A stretch of 64,000 nt of DNA from Hemiscyllium ocellatum (lineage: Eukaryota), in assembly GCF_020745735.1 (NCBI RefSeq), contig NC_083443.1:16171006-16235005 (forward strand). The letters are read 5' to 3'. Made by a program: the position numbers and the translations under genes. Below the pieces are notes generated by a model that saw only the letters and a list, made by a program, of their open reading frames with translations, was not told the origin of the DNA and ran no database searches. Every line of letters begins with the position of its first letter. Within the stretch, counting starts at the first letter, position 1. Shown one piece after another: positions 39,410-53,661 of the stretch.

Positions 39410-40072
39410 ATAGAGTCCTAGAGATGTATAACATGGAAACAGACCCTTCGGTCGAACTCGTCCATGCCAATCAGATATCCTAACCTAATCTGGTCCCATT
39501 TGCCAGCACCAGGCCCATATTCCTCCAAACCCTTCCTATTCATATACCCATCCAGATGTTTTAAATGCTGTAATTGTGGCAGCTCATTCTATTCATGCAT
39601 CACCCTCTGCATGCAAAAGTTGCCCCTGAAATCCTTTTTTAATATTTTTCCTCTCTCACCCTTAACCTATGCCCTCTAGTTCTGGACTCCCCGACGCCAG
39701 GGAAAAGACCTTTTCTATTTACCCTACCTATGCTCCTCTTGATTTTATAAACCTCTATAAGGTCAGCCCTCAGCCTCCGACGCTCCAGGGAAAACAGCCC
39801 CAGCCTGTTCAGCCTCTCCCTATAGCTCAAATCCTCCAACTCTGGCAACATCCTTGTAAATTTTTTCTGAACCCTTTCAGGTTTCACAACATCTTTCTGA
39901 TAGGAAGGAGACCAGAATTGCATGCAATATTCCAACAGTGGCCTAACCAATGTCCCGTACAGCCACAATGTGACCTCCCAACTCCTGTACTCAGTGCTCT
40001 GACCAATAAAGGAAAGCATACCAAATACCTTCTACACTATCCTATCCACCTGCAACTCTACCTTCAAGGAAC
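39410..40072 (-). mobile_element. CR1 3' fragment
   Basis: ORF 39639..40019: LVRPLLEYCMQFWSP. Confidence 0.88.
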
Positions 40073-40513
40073 TAAGAGACCTTGGAGTGCTGGTTCATTG
40101 TTGCTTAATAACACCCTGCAACACGTTAAGATTCTTTGACCAGCCCTGGTCTGCTGTGAAGTTTCTGGACTTTGTGATTTATGCTGCAGACTTAATCAAG
40201 AGCTGATGATTTAAAAAAAGACAGAATAAAATTACTGTTTCCTATTCAAATTTTTTCAACTTGCAACCAGCTGGCAATTGTCTAGTACAGGAGTGTTTTC
40301 AAAAGTAGCATAGCTCTTTACATTACAGCCTATTATTTAATATTTCAGAAAGCTTTGGAGCACTTCTGATATCAGCAGTAAATACTGTAAGTTTGCCTTG
40401 GGGTTTGCAAGAAGTCCATATCAACTGTGATATTTGATCAATTATAATTATTTTTCTCACTTCAAACATTTTGCATATACCTTTTAAGCATTTTCTTGTT
40501 TTAAATCCTACAG

Positions 40514-40692
<179 letters not shown>

Positions 40693-40979
40693 TGAGTGAG
40701 CAGTTTTGACATCTACATTCAAACACAGCAAGGCCAAAACAGTTGCATTCTGGATAGTGTAGCTGTAGTCTTTAATACAAATCTGTATACCTACCATTTG
40801 CTTAATGTGATCATGCATTTTCTCTTTTTATAAATTGATAATTCTTTATTTCTTCTTTCAACCAGTGGTATCTTGCTCTTGCTATGCTCTACACCCAGTA
40901 ACCAAAAGGAAAAGAATTCAGTTTAGAAATGATGCAGCCAGTATTCTATTTAATGCAGATCTCTAAAACAACATAAATT

Positions 40980-41642
40980 CATAGGCACGCAGCATGGAAA
41001 CAGAATCTTCAGTCTGACCAGTCCAAGCCGACCGTGTTTCCAAACTAAACTAGTCCCACGTTTGGCCCATATCCCTCCAAATCTTTCCTATTCATTTATC
41101 CAAATGTCTTCTAAATGTTGCAACTACACTTACATCCACACTTTCTCTGGCAGTTCATTCTACACATGGACCACTGTAAAAATGTTTCCCCATGTCCTTT
41201 TTTAAAATTTTTCACTTCTCACCTTAAATATGCTCCCAAGTTTTAAACTCCTGCCCTCGGGAAAAGACCCTTGTCATTTGCCTTATCTATGCCCTTCATG
41301 ATGTTATAAACCTCTATGACCACCTCTCAGCCTCCTGCCCTTCAGTGAACAAAAAAAGGACCTAGCCTTTCCAGTTTATTTTTATAACTAAAACCCTCCA
41401 TTCCAGGCAACATGCAGATATAGCTGTTCTGAATTACTCCAGTTTAATAATATCTTTCCTATAGGAGTGTAACCAGAACTGCACACAGCACTCCAGAACA
41501 GGCCTCACTGATGTCCTGTACAATCTCAACATGACATCCACTCCTATACTCAAAGCAATGACGGCAAATGAGCTCAGTGTCACCTTCATCACCCTGTCTA
41601 CCTGTCACACAAACTTCAAAGATTTACATACCTGAACCCCTA
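40980..41642 (-). mobile_element. CR1 3' fragment
   Basis: Reverse-complement ORF2 end and 3' UTR. Confidence 0.78.
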
Positions 41643-41897
41643 AGAAGCAAACAGGAAAGAAGAATATCCATTGAAGTACAACTGTTATTATTTAGGTTTA
41701 TGCTTTTCTTACCTAATGTTCCCACATCGCAGCAACAATAAGTTGTCACTTTAATGATAGTAAATTACCTAAGCTTTCTACCAATAAAGACACTTTTGGC
41801 GCCACATTATAAAGGGTATTAGGAGAGACGACCAAAAGCTTGATTAAAGGAAGAAGGCCTTAATGGAAATCTTAAATTTAAAATTAATCTTAAAATT

Positions 41898-42191
41898 AGG
41901 GCAGCTCAGCGATTAGCTCTGCTGCCTCACAGCACTAGGGACCCATGTTCAATTCCAGCCTTGGGAAACTGTCTGTGTGGAATTTGCACATTCTCCCTGT
42001 GTCTGCGTGGGTTTCCTCCCACAGTCCAAAGATGTACAGGTCAGGTGAATTGGCCATTCTAAATTACCCATAGCATTAGGTACATTAGTCAGAGGGAATG
42101 GGTCTGGGTGAGTTACTCTTCAGAGGGTCAGTGCGGACTTGTTGGGCTGGAGGATCTGTTTCCACGCTGTTATGAATCTAACCTAATCTAA
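41898..42191 (+). mobile_element. HE1-like V-SINE
   Basis: Head, V-domain and tail. Confidence 0.83.
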
Positions 42192-42420
42192 ATAAGGGAG
42201 AATGGTGAGTAAATTGTTGAAGGAGAGATTTTCAAAGCTCAGAGCTGATGCATTTGAAAGCATGGCCCTTGTTTGTAGAACGATTAAAATCAGATCAGCA
42301 AGAAACGAGAGTCAGATGAAAACAGTCTTGGTTTGTTGGGATGGAGGAGATCACAGAGATATTGAGAGAGGGGTTTGGACATAAGCAAGCAATGACTAAG
42401 ATTTGACATTGTCAGGTGGC

Positions 42421-43357
42421 TGTAGTGATTGGAACCAGGTGGACCTCATTGACTGAGGTGCTTGATTGGCCCAAGTTAATAACCCCAATCAGGAAGTCCT
42501 GGGTGACCAATACGAACAGGGGATTCCCCTGCAACTGCAGATTGTGGTGGTTCACGGACTCCCAGCCCAACTGCTTGTTCTGTGGTGCTGTGGAGTCCGT
42601 AGACCATGTATACATTGGGTGTGGGCGTTTGCACTCCCTCTTTGATTTTCTCAAAAACCTTCTCCTCTGCTTTTGGTTGCACTTCAGTCCCACGCTCCTG
42701 ATCTTTGGGCACCCGGTACGGAGGAGGGAGGGCAGGTCTGAAGACCTCCTCGTGGGTCTGCTCCTGGGCCTGGCCAAACTGGCCATAAACAGGTCCTGGC
42801 AGCGGGCCGTGGAGGGGGTCGTTAGGCCCGACTGCCTGCCCCTCTTCTGCGGTTACGTTAGAGCCCGGGTGTCCTTGGAGAAGGAGCACGCGGTGTCCAC
42901 CAACACCCTGGAGTTGTTCAGGGAGAGGTGGGCGTCGCAGGGAGTGGAGTGCATTATTTCCCCCTCCAACTCTATTTTGATTTAGTCCCTGCTCTCCCCT
43001 TCACTGTTTTGATCACACAACATTGCCCTTTGATGTGAAGGGCACTGCTTGTCACTGGCCACCCGGGTGTTTTCCTATCTTCCTGGTGGTGGAAATTGAA
43101 TAAAGATTTGTGCACTTTGTGTCTCTCACTGCGTCTCACACCTGCACACACACACACTATGGGTGCTGGGGAAAACAATAAGCACTACCGCAGTTAGGCG
43201 GTAGTGTAGGGGTTTAACAAAAAATGAACAGGGGATTGAGAATCCCCTCAGTTCAGGGGGACTGATTCCTATCTTCCTGGATATAGCCTGTGTACTGTAC
43301 GCAAGTGAACAAAGGATAACTTGGTGTTGGGGTATATGTGTCTGTGCCATTGTTTCA
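42421..43357 (+). mobile_element. Probable solo LTR split by the L1/Tx1 insertion
   Basis: Rejoined flanks give about 225 bp with TGTAGTG...TGTTTCA ends and a decayed polyA-like signal (gaacaaagg). TSD is poor (gtggc/ctgac). Confidence 0.45.
42526..43225 (+). mobile_element. 5'-truncated L1/Tx1-clade retrotransposon 3' end (C-terminal zinc finger, 3' UTR, A-tail)
   Basis: CLFCGAVESVDHVYIGC (CCHC) in ORF 42416..42985; AATAAA at about 43099; A-tail. 12-bp TSD gaacaggggatt at 42514-42525 and 43226-43237. Confidence 0.85.
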
Positions 43358-44010
43358 CTGACTAACTAATGAAGATCAGTAAGCTTGGGTGATCTGGGAA
43401 TGAGATTTGGCTTGAACTGAAAAACAGTAGAGTTTGGGATGAGCATAAGGCTGGACCTTGGGAAGCTGAGCAAGTGAGTTTGAACTAGTCAGGGATGAAG
43501 GTGTCAGCAGCAGATAAGATAGAGTTGAAGCTTAAAGATATAATGGTTGTGAAAGGCAGCAGTATTAGTGCAGATCTGTGGTTAGAAACTCATCTCTGTG
43601 TGAATACCAATCAATAGTTCTATTGCAAAGAAGAGGAAAATCTAGCTCTAGTTTTTACTGTTGGTTGAAGATGCATTGGAATTTTAGCCTCAAATATGTG
43701 ATGTTGGATTGTTTATATTTTAGCAGCTGTTGATGAGGTCATGTATTCTCCAGCAATGTCATCTTACACTTTAAATATGGTTTAATGCCAAAGAAATTCT
43801 CCCCTTCATATTAAAGTGGCACTCTGTACTTTAATGGACTTGGGAGTAATTTTAATAATCTAAAGATACCTGAAACTACTGGAAAATAGCTTGAAAAGCT
43901 AGTATCAGTCTTACAAATGTCTTAAAATGCTGCATTGTAAACACTCAACTTTTCCAGAATCACTCAGTAAATGCAGATATTGTGGTGACATGGAACAGCA
44001 AATTTTTTTT

Positions 44011-44326
44011 TAGATTAGATTACTTAGTGTGGAAACAGGCCCTTTGGCCCAACAAGTCCACACCGACCCTCTGAAAAGCAACCCACCCAGACTCATTCCC
44101 CTACATTTACCACTTCACCTAACACTACAGGCAATTTAGCATGGCCAGTTCACCTAACCTGCACGTTTTTGGACTGTGGGAGGAAACCGGCACACCCGGA
44201 GAAAACCCACGCAGACACTGGGAGACTGTGCAAACACCACACAGACAGTTGCATGCGGTGGGAATTGAACCTGGGTCTGTGGTACTGTGAGGCAGCAGTG
44301 CTAACCACTGTGCCACTGTGTCGCCC
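44011..44326 (-). mobile_element. HE1-like V-SINE
   Basis: Full reverse-complement copy. Confidence 0.86.
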
Positions 44327-44639
44327 AAATTTGTTCAACAACATTATCATGCCAGCTGAACTCTCCTCTTCAATCGTAAAAACTGAAAATGTGAGAGAAA
44401 CACCGGTCTGGCATCAACTCTGGAGAGTGAATCGGATTTAATGTTTTGTATTCAATGTGATTCTTCAGAATATAGTTAATCTTGACCTAATTTATAGGAC
44501 TTTGAAGAAGTTTTGTGTTGAGGATATCCTATCCTTAGCTTCTGGAATGCATTTTATTAGGTACACATCAAATATTATTGTAAGCATAAGGGTTTGTGGT
44601 TTAATTTGGTAATGTGGACATTGAAGGAAGATTCCCCAG

Positions 44640-45600
44640 CTCTCAGGAAATTGGCTGTAAATGGATCGTGTTCTGGTTGGAACAATGTAATCCATTGAAT
44701 GTCACAGGGGTCAAAGTTGGGGTCTCAATACACTACAATTTGTTAATTTATACATTTTGGATGAAGTGGTGGAAGGTATGCTTGCTAAATTTATTGATGA
44801 CAAATTGAACAACTTAATCCCCAACAAAATAAGTAGGAAAGCAAGTTTTGAAGGTCTAAACAAAATTTGCAAAGAGATATACGTAGGTTAAGTGAGTGGA
44901 CAAAGATCTGGCAAGTAGAACATCATGTCAGAAAATGTAAATTTTACAGTTTGGCAGGAAAAAATGTTTAGAAGAAAGTCTACTTAAATTGAAAAAGATT
45001 GCAGAGTTTTGATATATTGAGGGATCTGTCTGCCCTGCTGCTTGTGTCATGAAAGATTATTTGCAAGTACTGCAAATAATCGGGGCAGACTTGATTTGAA
45101 TTTTTCATTACAAGGTTAATTCAATACAATGGAGTTTGCAATCAAGTTGTGTAGAGTATTGGTGAAACTATATAACTGGAGGATATTGTACAGTGTGAGT
45201 CTCCATATTTAAGTGAGGATGTGAGTGCAATAGAAGCAGTTGAAAGAAGATTTATCAGAATGTAATATGTAGAAGGCGGGAGGTTGCTTTATGAGGAAAA
45301 AGTTGAACAAACCAGGTTGGTATCCACTGCAGTTTAGAAGAGTACAAGTTAATTGAAACATTGGATTGCTTCCAGAACGAGCTGTCACTGTTTCAAAATA
45401 AGGGGTTGTTGATTTAAATCCGAAATGGGATGAAATCTTTTGATGATGGAGGGAGTCTTTGGAACTCTCTTCCTGAAAAGCTGGTGAAAGCAGAGTCTTT
45501 GAATTTGTTTAAGGTAGTTATGGATAGACATCTGAAAAGCAGAGGTGAATGTTTATTGAATTTGGGTGTAAATGCCTAGTAGGGCTACATACCCTACTTC
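44640..45600 (+). mobile_element. Old CR1 RT fragment
   Basis: Decayed (F)ADDTK region and downstream motifs with many stops. Confidence 0.62.
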
Positions 45601-45794
45601 CTAATTTGTTTATATAATCAATTGTATCTAAGAGAACAAGTCCAAGATATTTTTGTGCCTCTTTCAGAATGGTGTAACTATGAATGTAATGTAGACTGTA
45701 TAACTACCTACAGTGCCTCCTATACTCGCTGTAGGAAATAGACAAACTTGGGGTAAAACCAGAAGATGATAGAGAAAGCCAGCCAGTCTGACAG

Positions 45795-46927
45795 TCATAG
45801 AGATGTACAGCATAGAAACAGACTCTTCGGTCCAACCCGTCCATGCCGACCAGATATCTCAACCCAATCTAATCCCACTTGCCAGCGCCTGGTCCATTAG
45901 CCTCAACCCTTCCAAATAATATACCCATCCAGGTGCCTTTTAACTGTTATAATTGTACTAGCCTCCACTTCCTCTGGCAGCTCATTCCATACACGTACCA
46001 CCCTCTACGTGAAAATGTTGCCTGTTAGCGCTCTTTTTATACCTTCCCCTCTTAGCCTAAACCTATACCCTCTAGTTCTGGGCTCCTCCCATCCCAGTGA
46101 AGAGATTTTGTCTATTTATCCTATCCATGCCTCTCATGATTTTAGAAATCTCAACACTCCAGGGAAAACAGCCCTAGCCCATTCAACCTCTCCCTATAGC
46201 TCAAATCCTCCAACCTTGGCAACATCCTTGTAAATCTTTTCTGAACCCTTTTAAGCTTCACAACATCTTTCCGATAGGAAGAAGACCAGAATTGCACACA
46301 ATATTCCAACAGTGGCCTAACCAATGTCCTGTACAGCTGCAATGTGACGTCCCAACCTCTGTACTCACTACTTTGATCTATAAAGGTAAGCATACTAAAC
46401 GCCTTCTTCACTATCCTACATACCTGCGACTCCACTTTCAAGCAGCTATGAACCTGCACTCCAAGGTCTCTTTGTTCAGCAACACTCCCTAGGACCTTAC
46501 CATTAAGTGTATAAGTCCTACTAGGATTTGCTTTCCCAAAATGCAGCACCTCACATTTATCTGAATTAAACTCCATCTGCCACTTCTCAGCCCATCAGGT
46601 CAAGATTCAGTTTTATTCGAAGGTAAACTTCTTCGCTGTACATACACCTCCAATTTTGGTGTCATCTGCAAATTTACTAACTATACCTCTTATGCTCACA
46701 TCCAAATCATTTATATAAATGATGAAAAGTAGTGGACCCAGCACCGATCCTTGTGGCACTCCACTGATCACAGGCTTTCAGTCTGAATAACAACCCTCCA
46801 CCACCACCTTCTGTCTTCTACCTTTGAGCCAGTACTAGTTCTCCCTGTTTTCCATTACATCTAATCTTGCTAACCAGTCTCTCGTGGGGAACCTTGTCGC
46901 ACGCCTTACTGAAGTCCATTTAGATCA
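45795..46927 (-). mobile_element. CR1 3' fragment including the RT FADDTK motif
   Basis: ORF 46151..46576; ggtgtcatctgcaaa reads FADDT on the minus strand. Confidence 0.88.
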
Positions 46928-47592
46928 CTCTGCCATCAGATCTGGAGAGAGAGTTGATCATTCAAGTGCAAGTGACCCTTCTTTGCAAATGCTGTCTTCT
47001 GAGCTGCATAATGTCTCCAGCACTTGTCTTTTTCTGATCTCTAGCACCTACAGTAGTTTGCTTTTATTTGAGTGTTTAAAACACACTGGGTAGCTAATGA
47101 GATGAGCTTCTAAGAAGCTGAATAATTAGCAGGTGATTTTCAGTATCCAAATGTGGATTTCTACTATTCAAATAGATAAGCTATTATTAGCAGTACCTGG
47201 GAGGTGGTTGGTTGCTCCCCTGGTCAAGGTCCTAAATTTAAAAAAAATGACATTGCAGACTCATCTGATGAGAGATTCCTTTGTGAAGAACAGCCAGGCC
47301 TTTCAAATGCATGAGCTATTCTTTAAAGCATTGAACCAAAACACGCAAATTGATCTGATTTAAATTATGATGAAACAGTCCCCAGCTCAAATCTGAAAGG
47401 CGTAATTGTGTCCAAATACAGTAAGAACAGCTGGTAGCTATTCTAGTAAATCATGATTGGGAAAGTTGTATCTGAAGAGCTATTTTTAAGCGTAAAGTGG
47501 CATTTTTATTCTCTCTTATAGTGTTACTTTTGGTATTCTTTTTGTCTGTTAGTACACCAATATATTCAAGGTTGGTACATCACATTGTTTGA

Positions 47593-47940
<348 letters not shown>

Positions 47941-48054
47941 TAGCAGGTCTGACACCATCTGTAGAGAGAAAGCAGAGCTAACGTTTCAGGTTCAGAGACC
48001 CTTCATCCAAAATTCTGATTTCTCTCCACGGTGTTGCCAAATAATGTTAAGGTT

Positions 48055-48364
48055 TAGATTAGATTCGCTACAGTGTAGAAACAGGCCCTTCGGCCCAACA
48101 AGTCCACACCGACCCTCCGAGTAACCCACCCAGATCGAGGTTCCTCTGACTAATGCATCTAACAGTATGGACAGTTTAGCATGGCCAATTCACCTGATCT
48201 GCACATCTAGGTGACTGTGGGAGGAAACCGGAGCACCTGGAGGAAACCCACGCAGACACAGTGAGAACATGCAAACTTCACCCAGTCATCTGAGGCTGGA
48301 ATCAAACCTGGGACCCTGATGCTGTGAGGCAGCAGTGCTAACCACTGAGCCACTGTGCCGCCCC
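48055..48364 (-). mobile_element. HE1-like V-SINE
   Basis: Full reverse-complement copy. Confidence 0.85.
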
Positions 48365-50336
48365 TCCATGGGTGTTGCCAAAAAATGTTATGATTTGCTT
48401 TGGTTTATTTCAAGATTTCTTGAACACTTTACCACAGTCTTTTGACTATGCAAATGGAAGATGTTGAAACATGAAGTAATTTTACTTTGGGGTTATTTTT
48501 GCTGAGTAAATCATAATTTTGGTAACACTCTTTCAATTCCTTCCCAGTAGCATCATTGGTGGATTTTGACTTTGGCAACAAATTCAATGAACCAATCTTA
48601 AAAATTTTTAAGTTGCTTTCCTTTCTTAAAAAAACAGATTTCCTTGCATGGCTACAAAACATTGGCAAGTTGATGTTGCAACCCAAATTTTGCAATATTT
48701 TTCTCATCAATATGCCTATTCATGTGAAACCTACATTTTAGGATGGAAGCCAATGATTGGTATACTTCCATCTGCTGATCAGTTCAGCAAAAGATCAGAA
48801 TATCTACTTGTGTTATACCACTTACCTATTCTTGCCAAGTAAACTGATCATGTCATGTCTGAACATATTAACTGAAGTGACTTAAGTAGCAATGAAATGT
48901 TTCAGTGACCAGTAAGGATTTGGGACCTAGATGCAAATTGCTGGAATCTGCACAATCTCCAATTTTCTGTGTTAAATCACCAAATTGTCTTGCACCTTCT
49001 GGATTAGTAAAATGCAATTTCATGCTGATGCTAGCTTTGAGCCCTGACGCAGGTAGAAATTAATTCAATGCCAGAAAGCATTCTATTCCTTCATGGTAAA
49101 TTTTCACCTTATTACATTTACTTTTTTGGCCTGCATTGTCCTTCTGAAATCTCCCAATATTTGGGAATTTCCAGAAGGATGCTTTAAGGAAAACAGGGCA
49201 ATGAGTCTTCATATGGGCCTTTGGAAATTTCTTTCCTCTGCCATCGAACATGAGGTTTGGTAATGCAAATAACATAACAAAATGGCTTCTAGGATGCAAA
49301 TGGACAATTCTGCTTAAAGCTGCATAAAATTGGCTTTTAACCTTGCTAAAGCTGCATAATTGACTAACCACAGTCTGTCTCAACAAAAATTAGCAGACAA
49401 TGCTTCCTTTACAGCATAGAAATAACTAGACCAGATAAAACATTATTGGCAATTCTAGCTGACCTTCAAGTGCAGGAGCCAAGACTGTTCGTGAGATAAG
49501 AATGACTTGAATGTTGGAAAACAGAGTTGGTTCCCAAGAAATATCATTGGGCTGAGTTGCTGTCAATAAATCTATTTCATTAATTGATTGGTAATTGTCT
49601 GAATGTACTGTAAGATTATGGTCTGTACCACTCTTTTAAGGAAAGTATAAAAATGTCTTTGTTTTAAGCCATGTGCGCAGCTCCTCTGAGGAACGTGGAA
49701 GTGTTTAACCTCTGTGTGTTTCTGGACGATCTGTGCTCAGCCATATGAGAAATAACGTGTGAAGACTTAAAGGACCAGACCGATTGCGAGTGTTTATTGA
49801 CCAATCATGGAACAGTAACTCTTCCCACTCCCCCCACCCCTCCCCGGGGTCCAGATCTTCACAAGTACCAATTCTAGGCTGCATCAAAGCTCGCTTTTAA
49901 ATTCAGTTAGCACTGTTTCGTGAATTAATTTCCTCGCTAATCTCTTATTCTTTCAGTGTTCATTCACTGAGCATGACCATTAATGGCAAGACTTATTAGG
50001 CATCCCTAAATATCCTGTGACTGTGTTGTGCTTCTGCAAATGTGCACCATGCTAGACCATTTTAATTGAAAGTTAAGTGAGCCACATTGATATAGGACTG
50101 GAGCCACCTGAGGTCCACGCAAAGTGAGGGTAGTTTCCTTTGCCAAAGGGGATTAGGGAATCAGTTGTATTTTTACAGTAATTCTGATACCAACATTTTG
50201 TTTCCAGCTTTCATTTTGACCTGATTTAAAAATCTTACTGCCACGATGTGGCTGAGGTTATGATTTCTTGCTTGTTATCCGGCCTCTAGATTGTTGATCC
50301 AGTAACACAGCTGTTATATTACCATACTTAGCAGCT

Positions 50337-50418
50337 GGTAGTGTGGTCGAGCAGTCTAAGGAGCTGGATTAAGGCTCCAGTCTCGACAGGGGCGTGGGTT
50401 CGAATCCCACCGCTGCCA
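50337..50418 (+). tRNA. tRNA-Leu(AAG), probably a pseudogene or impaired copy
   Basis: GGTAGTGTGGTCGAGCAGTCTAAGGAGCTGGATT-AAG-GCTCCAGTCTCGACAGGGGCGTGGGTTCGAATCCCACCGCTGCCA. 82 nt; anticodon stem CTGGA/TCCAG; long variable arm; intact B-box. D-arm has substitutions. Confidence 0.88.
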
Positions 50419-50612
50419 TTTCTACTGATCAGCTGCAACGTCACAGCATTGTTAAAATGCTGTTTCCATTCCCGCTGTACTTCTGTTCACAAAAAAAAAA
50501 ATTTGATTTGCTTCCCGGGGAATTAACTGTGGAGTGGGAAAGTGCCAAATTGTCTATGCTGTCTTGATCGTGTTCGCCTCCCGCGTGGAAAATTGCAAAC
50601 AGCTCTACTGTT

Positions 50613-50918
50613 GTGGGCGGCACAGTGGCACAGTGGTTAGCACTGCTGCCTCACAGCGCCTGAGACCCGGGTTCAATTCCCGACTCAGGCGACTGACTGT
50701 GTGGAGTTTGCACGTTCTCCCCGTGTCTGCGTGGGTTTCCTCCGGGTGCTCCGGTTTCCTCCCACAGTCCAAAGATGTGCGGGTCAGGTGAATTGGCCAT
50801 GCTAAATTGCCCGTAGTGTTAGGTAAGGGGTAAATGTAGGGGTATGGGTGGGTTTCGCTTCGGCGGGTCGGTGTGGATTTGTTGGGCCGAAGGGCCTGTT
50901 TCCACACTAAGTCTAATC
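50613..50918 (+). mobile_element. HE1-like V-SINE, young subfamily
   Basis: Nearly identical to the copies at 7931 and 54455; CpGs retained. Confidence 0.9.
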
Positions 50919-52746
50919 AAAAAAATCTAAACCCTACATGCTGCTTCTATGTTACTGTGCAATGTTCCTTTAACAGTAGAGCTGTCATGGGGAGATTGCC
51001 CAGCCTGTGTAACTGACCTGAACCAGAAAAACTGACCAAGGTCATACAGGAGCAGAAGTTCTGTCTTAATGTCCTCCTGGTGGAAGGAGGAACATTCAGA
51101 CACTTGGATATCAACTTGGATTCTTTTCTGAAGCTAAATATTCTCATTCACCCCATCTTTCAGTACTCCATAATCTGTTTGGACTCCAAATATTTTGAGG
51201 AAAAACAAGATTGAAATCAATATTTGATGTTTAAAGTTATCTTTTAAATCTAGTGGTGGAAACTTGTGCCGTGCAAAGTAATGCTGAATTAAATGTCATC
51301 TTAGGGAGTGTTATTCCTCAAATAGCAGTGTAAAGGTAAATGTTTGAAATCTAACTGTAATTAATAAAAAGCCAAAATTCACTGTGCAGTAAGACTTGGA
51401 AAAGAATGGTCAAAAAATTTCATCTGATATTCTGAAGCAGCATACATAATTGCACAACTTCCTACTAACTGGGGGCTTCTCATGAAAAATTAGTCAAATT
51501 TTGCTTTTTTTTCTGGAAAAGACTGGAGGTGAATCCTCCATAAGATTGATTAGTACTGCCGATACCTCAACACGAGGAAGCATCTGTTATACATGAGCTC
51601 ATATTTGAAATAAAACTGGAAATTACGGAGCATCTCTTATTGTACGAGGTGCAAATGGTTATGAAAAAATGTACAACTAAGAGAAGTCACTTTCTAATAT
51701 GCATCCCAGTGGTATACCCACTAAAGCTAAATGAAAATCAGCATGCAATTTTTTTTTTAAATGTCCTGAAGGAAGACAGATTAACTTTTTCTATAACCCA
51801 CCTTGAATGTGTATTTCCCCCCACTGGGTTTGAAGTTTTTGGGGTGTTTCTAATTATTCAGGGCTGCACCTCAGTGACCATCATTTTAAGTTAAGAATAG
51901 ACCATAATGCCAAACCGTATTTAGTTGTACATGGTTCATGGACCAGATTCTGTCCTTGCTTGATTTTATTTTTAATCTGACAGAGGTCATGGGCTGTGCC
52001 TGTGTGAACAAACTCTGTTGTCCTTTTGAATTTCCTACATGGGAAAGCTGAGGTCATAAAAAAAACACATCGCTAAATTAATACAGATCAGGCATTGAAC
52101 ATAAGAACAGCATATCTGTTATGGTTAGTACTGTAGCAGGTATCTTTTTTTCACAGGATCATTGATCACTGTTTTAATTATCATTGATTCTACAGGTAGA
52201 CAATAGAAGTGGCACATCAAGACATGAATCGTATATTTCTCATGTTATGAATGTATACTCCCACCTGTTTCTGAAATAAATGTGTCTGCTATTGTTAATC
52301 ATCTTTTTAAAGCAGCCACAGGAAGCTGCATGAAACTTATTGGTCTCTACTGGATCAAAGTCTGGTTTGGGTCATTAACATAGATCTTTTTCAGCCCCTA
52401 AGCCTTAGACAACTTTTGTGATCTGACGGCCCTACTGTGAACTCCCAAATTAACCAAAATGATGGGAAAGTGAACAGCTTGTTTTTCCTGGTTACTTTCC
52501 CATGCCTTTTTCTTTCATATGGATGAGCTTCCTGATCAAGCATGGCTCTCCCTCTTCTTCGACCATCTTGATTGGAATTAATGTTTCTATCCAATTAATG
52601 TGTTAATTTGAGAAATGCAAATGTATTTTACGTGATATTTTCTGTGTGACAGTTTTGCTAATTGCAATTAGCAATTAAAATTTAATGCCTTCAGCAATGA
52701 AATTTAATAACACGCCTCATTGTTATAGCCCATGAAACAGCAATAG

Positions 52747-52869
<123 letters not shown>

Positions 52870-53661
52870 TGAGTATTTTGTATGCCATTTTAAAGGGAAA
52901 ATCCTGTGTTGCATTGCTCTTTGAACATCCCAATGTTAACCTGGTTAAATGACAATACTTGCATGCCAGATAGCATAAGCAGCTCGTCATAGGACCAAAT
53001 GGTTCCATGGCCAGTGGATCAGATCAAAGCCCTATGTCCTGCTACTTGCAGTTGTGAATGGTGGTGGACAGTTAAACAGCTTACTAGAGGAGGAGTCTCC
53101 TCAAATATCCTTCTCCAGTTGGGAGTCTAATGTATCAATGCAAATGACGAAGCGTTTATTGTTTTTGCAACAACTTTATTTGCCAGAAGTGCTCATTGCA
53201 TGATCCATCTTGGACCCCTTTACAGGTCTTTAACATCACAGCTGTTAGTCTTCAGTCACTTCAGTTCACTTCCCTGATCAAGAAACACATTGAAATATAG
53301 GCCCTGACAACATTCTGGCAATCGTACCCAATACTTATGCTCCAGACTTTGCCATATCCCTCGGTAAGCTGTTCTGGTGCAGTTGCAACACTGGCATCTA
53401 CTTGGAAATGTGGAAAATTGACCACTGTCCTGTACGCAGGACAAATCCAGCCCATCTGATTTTAGCACCCTCTGTCTACTTCCGATTGTCAGTAAAGTGA
53501 TGAATAGGGACAATGGCTTGGCAATAACCTGTTTGTTGATGGGATTCTGCCAGGGCCGCTCAGCTCCTGACTTCATTAAACATTGGCTCAACTATGGGCG
53601 AAAGAGTTGATTTCCAGTGGGGAGATGAGGATCGCTGATGATGACATTGAGGCCACATTTA

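Noticed and set aside
42416-42525. N-terminal part of the 189-aa ORF
   Set aside because: It lies outside the TSD-defined L1/Tx1 insertion and is a chance in-frame read-in.
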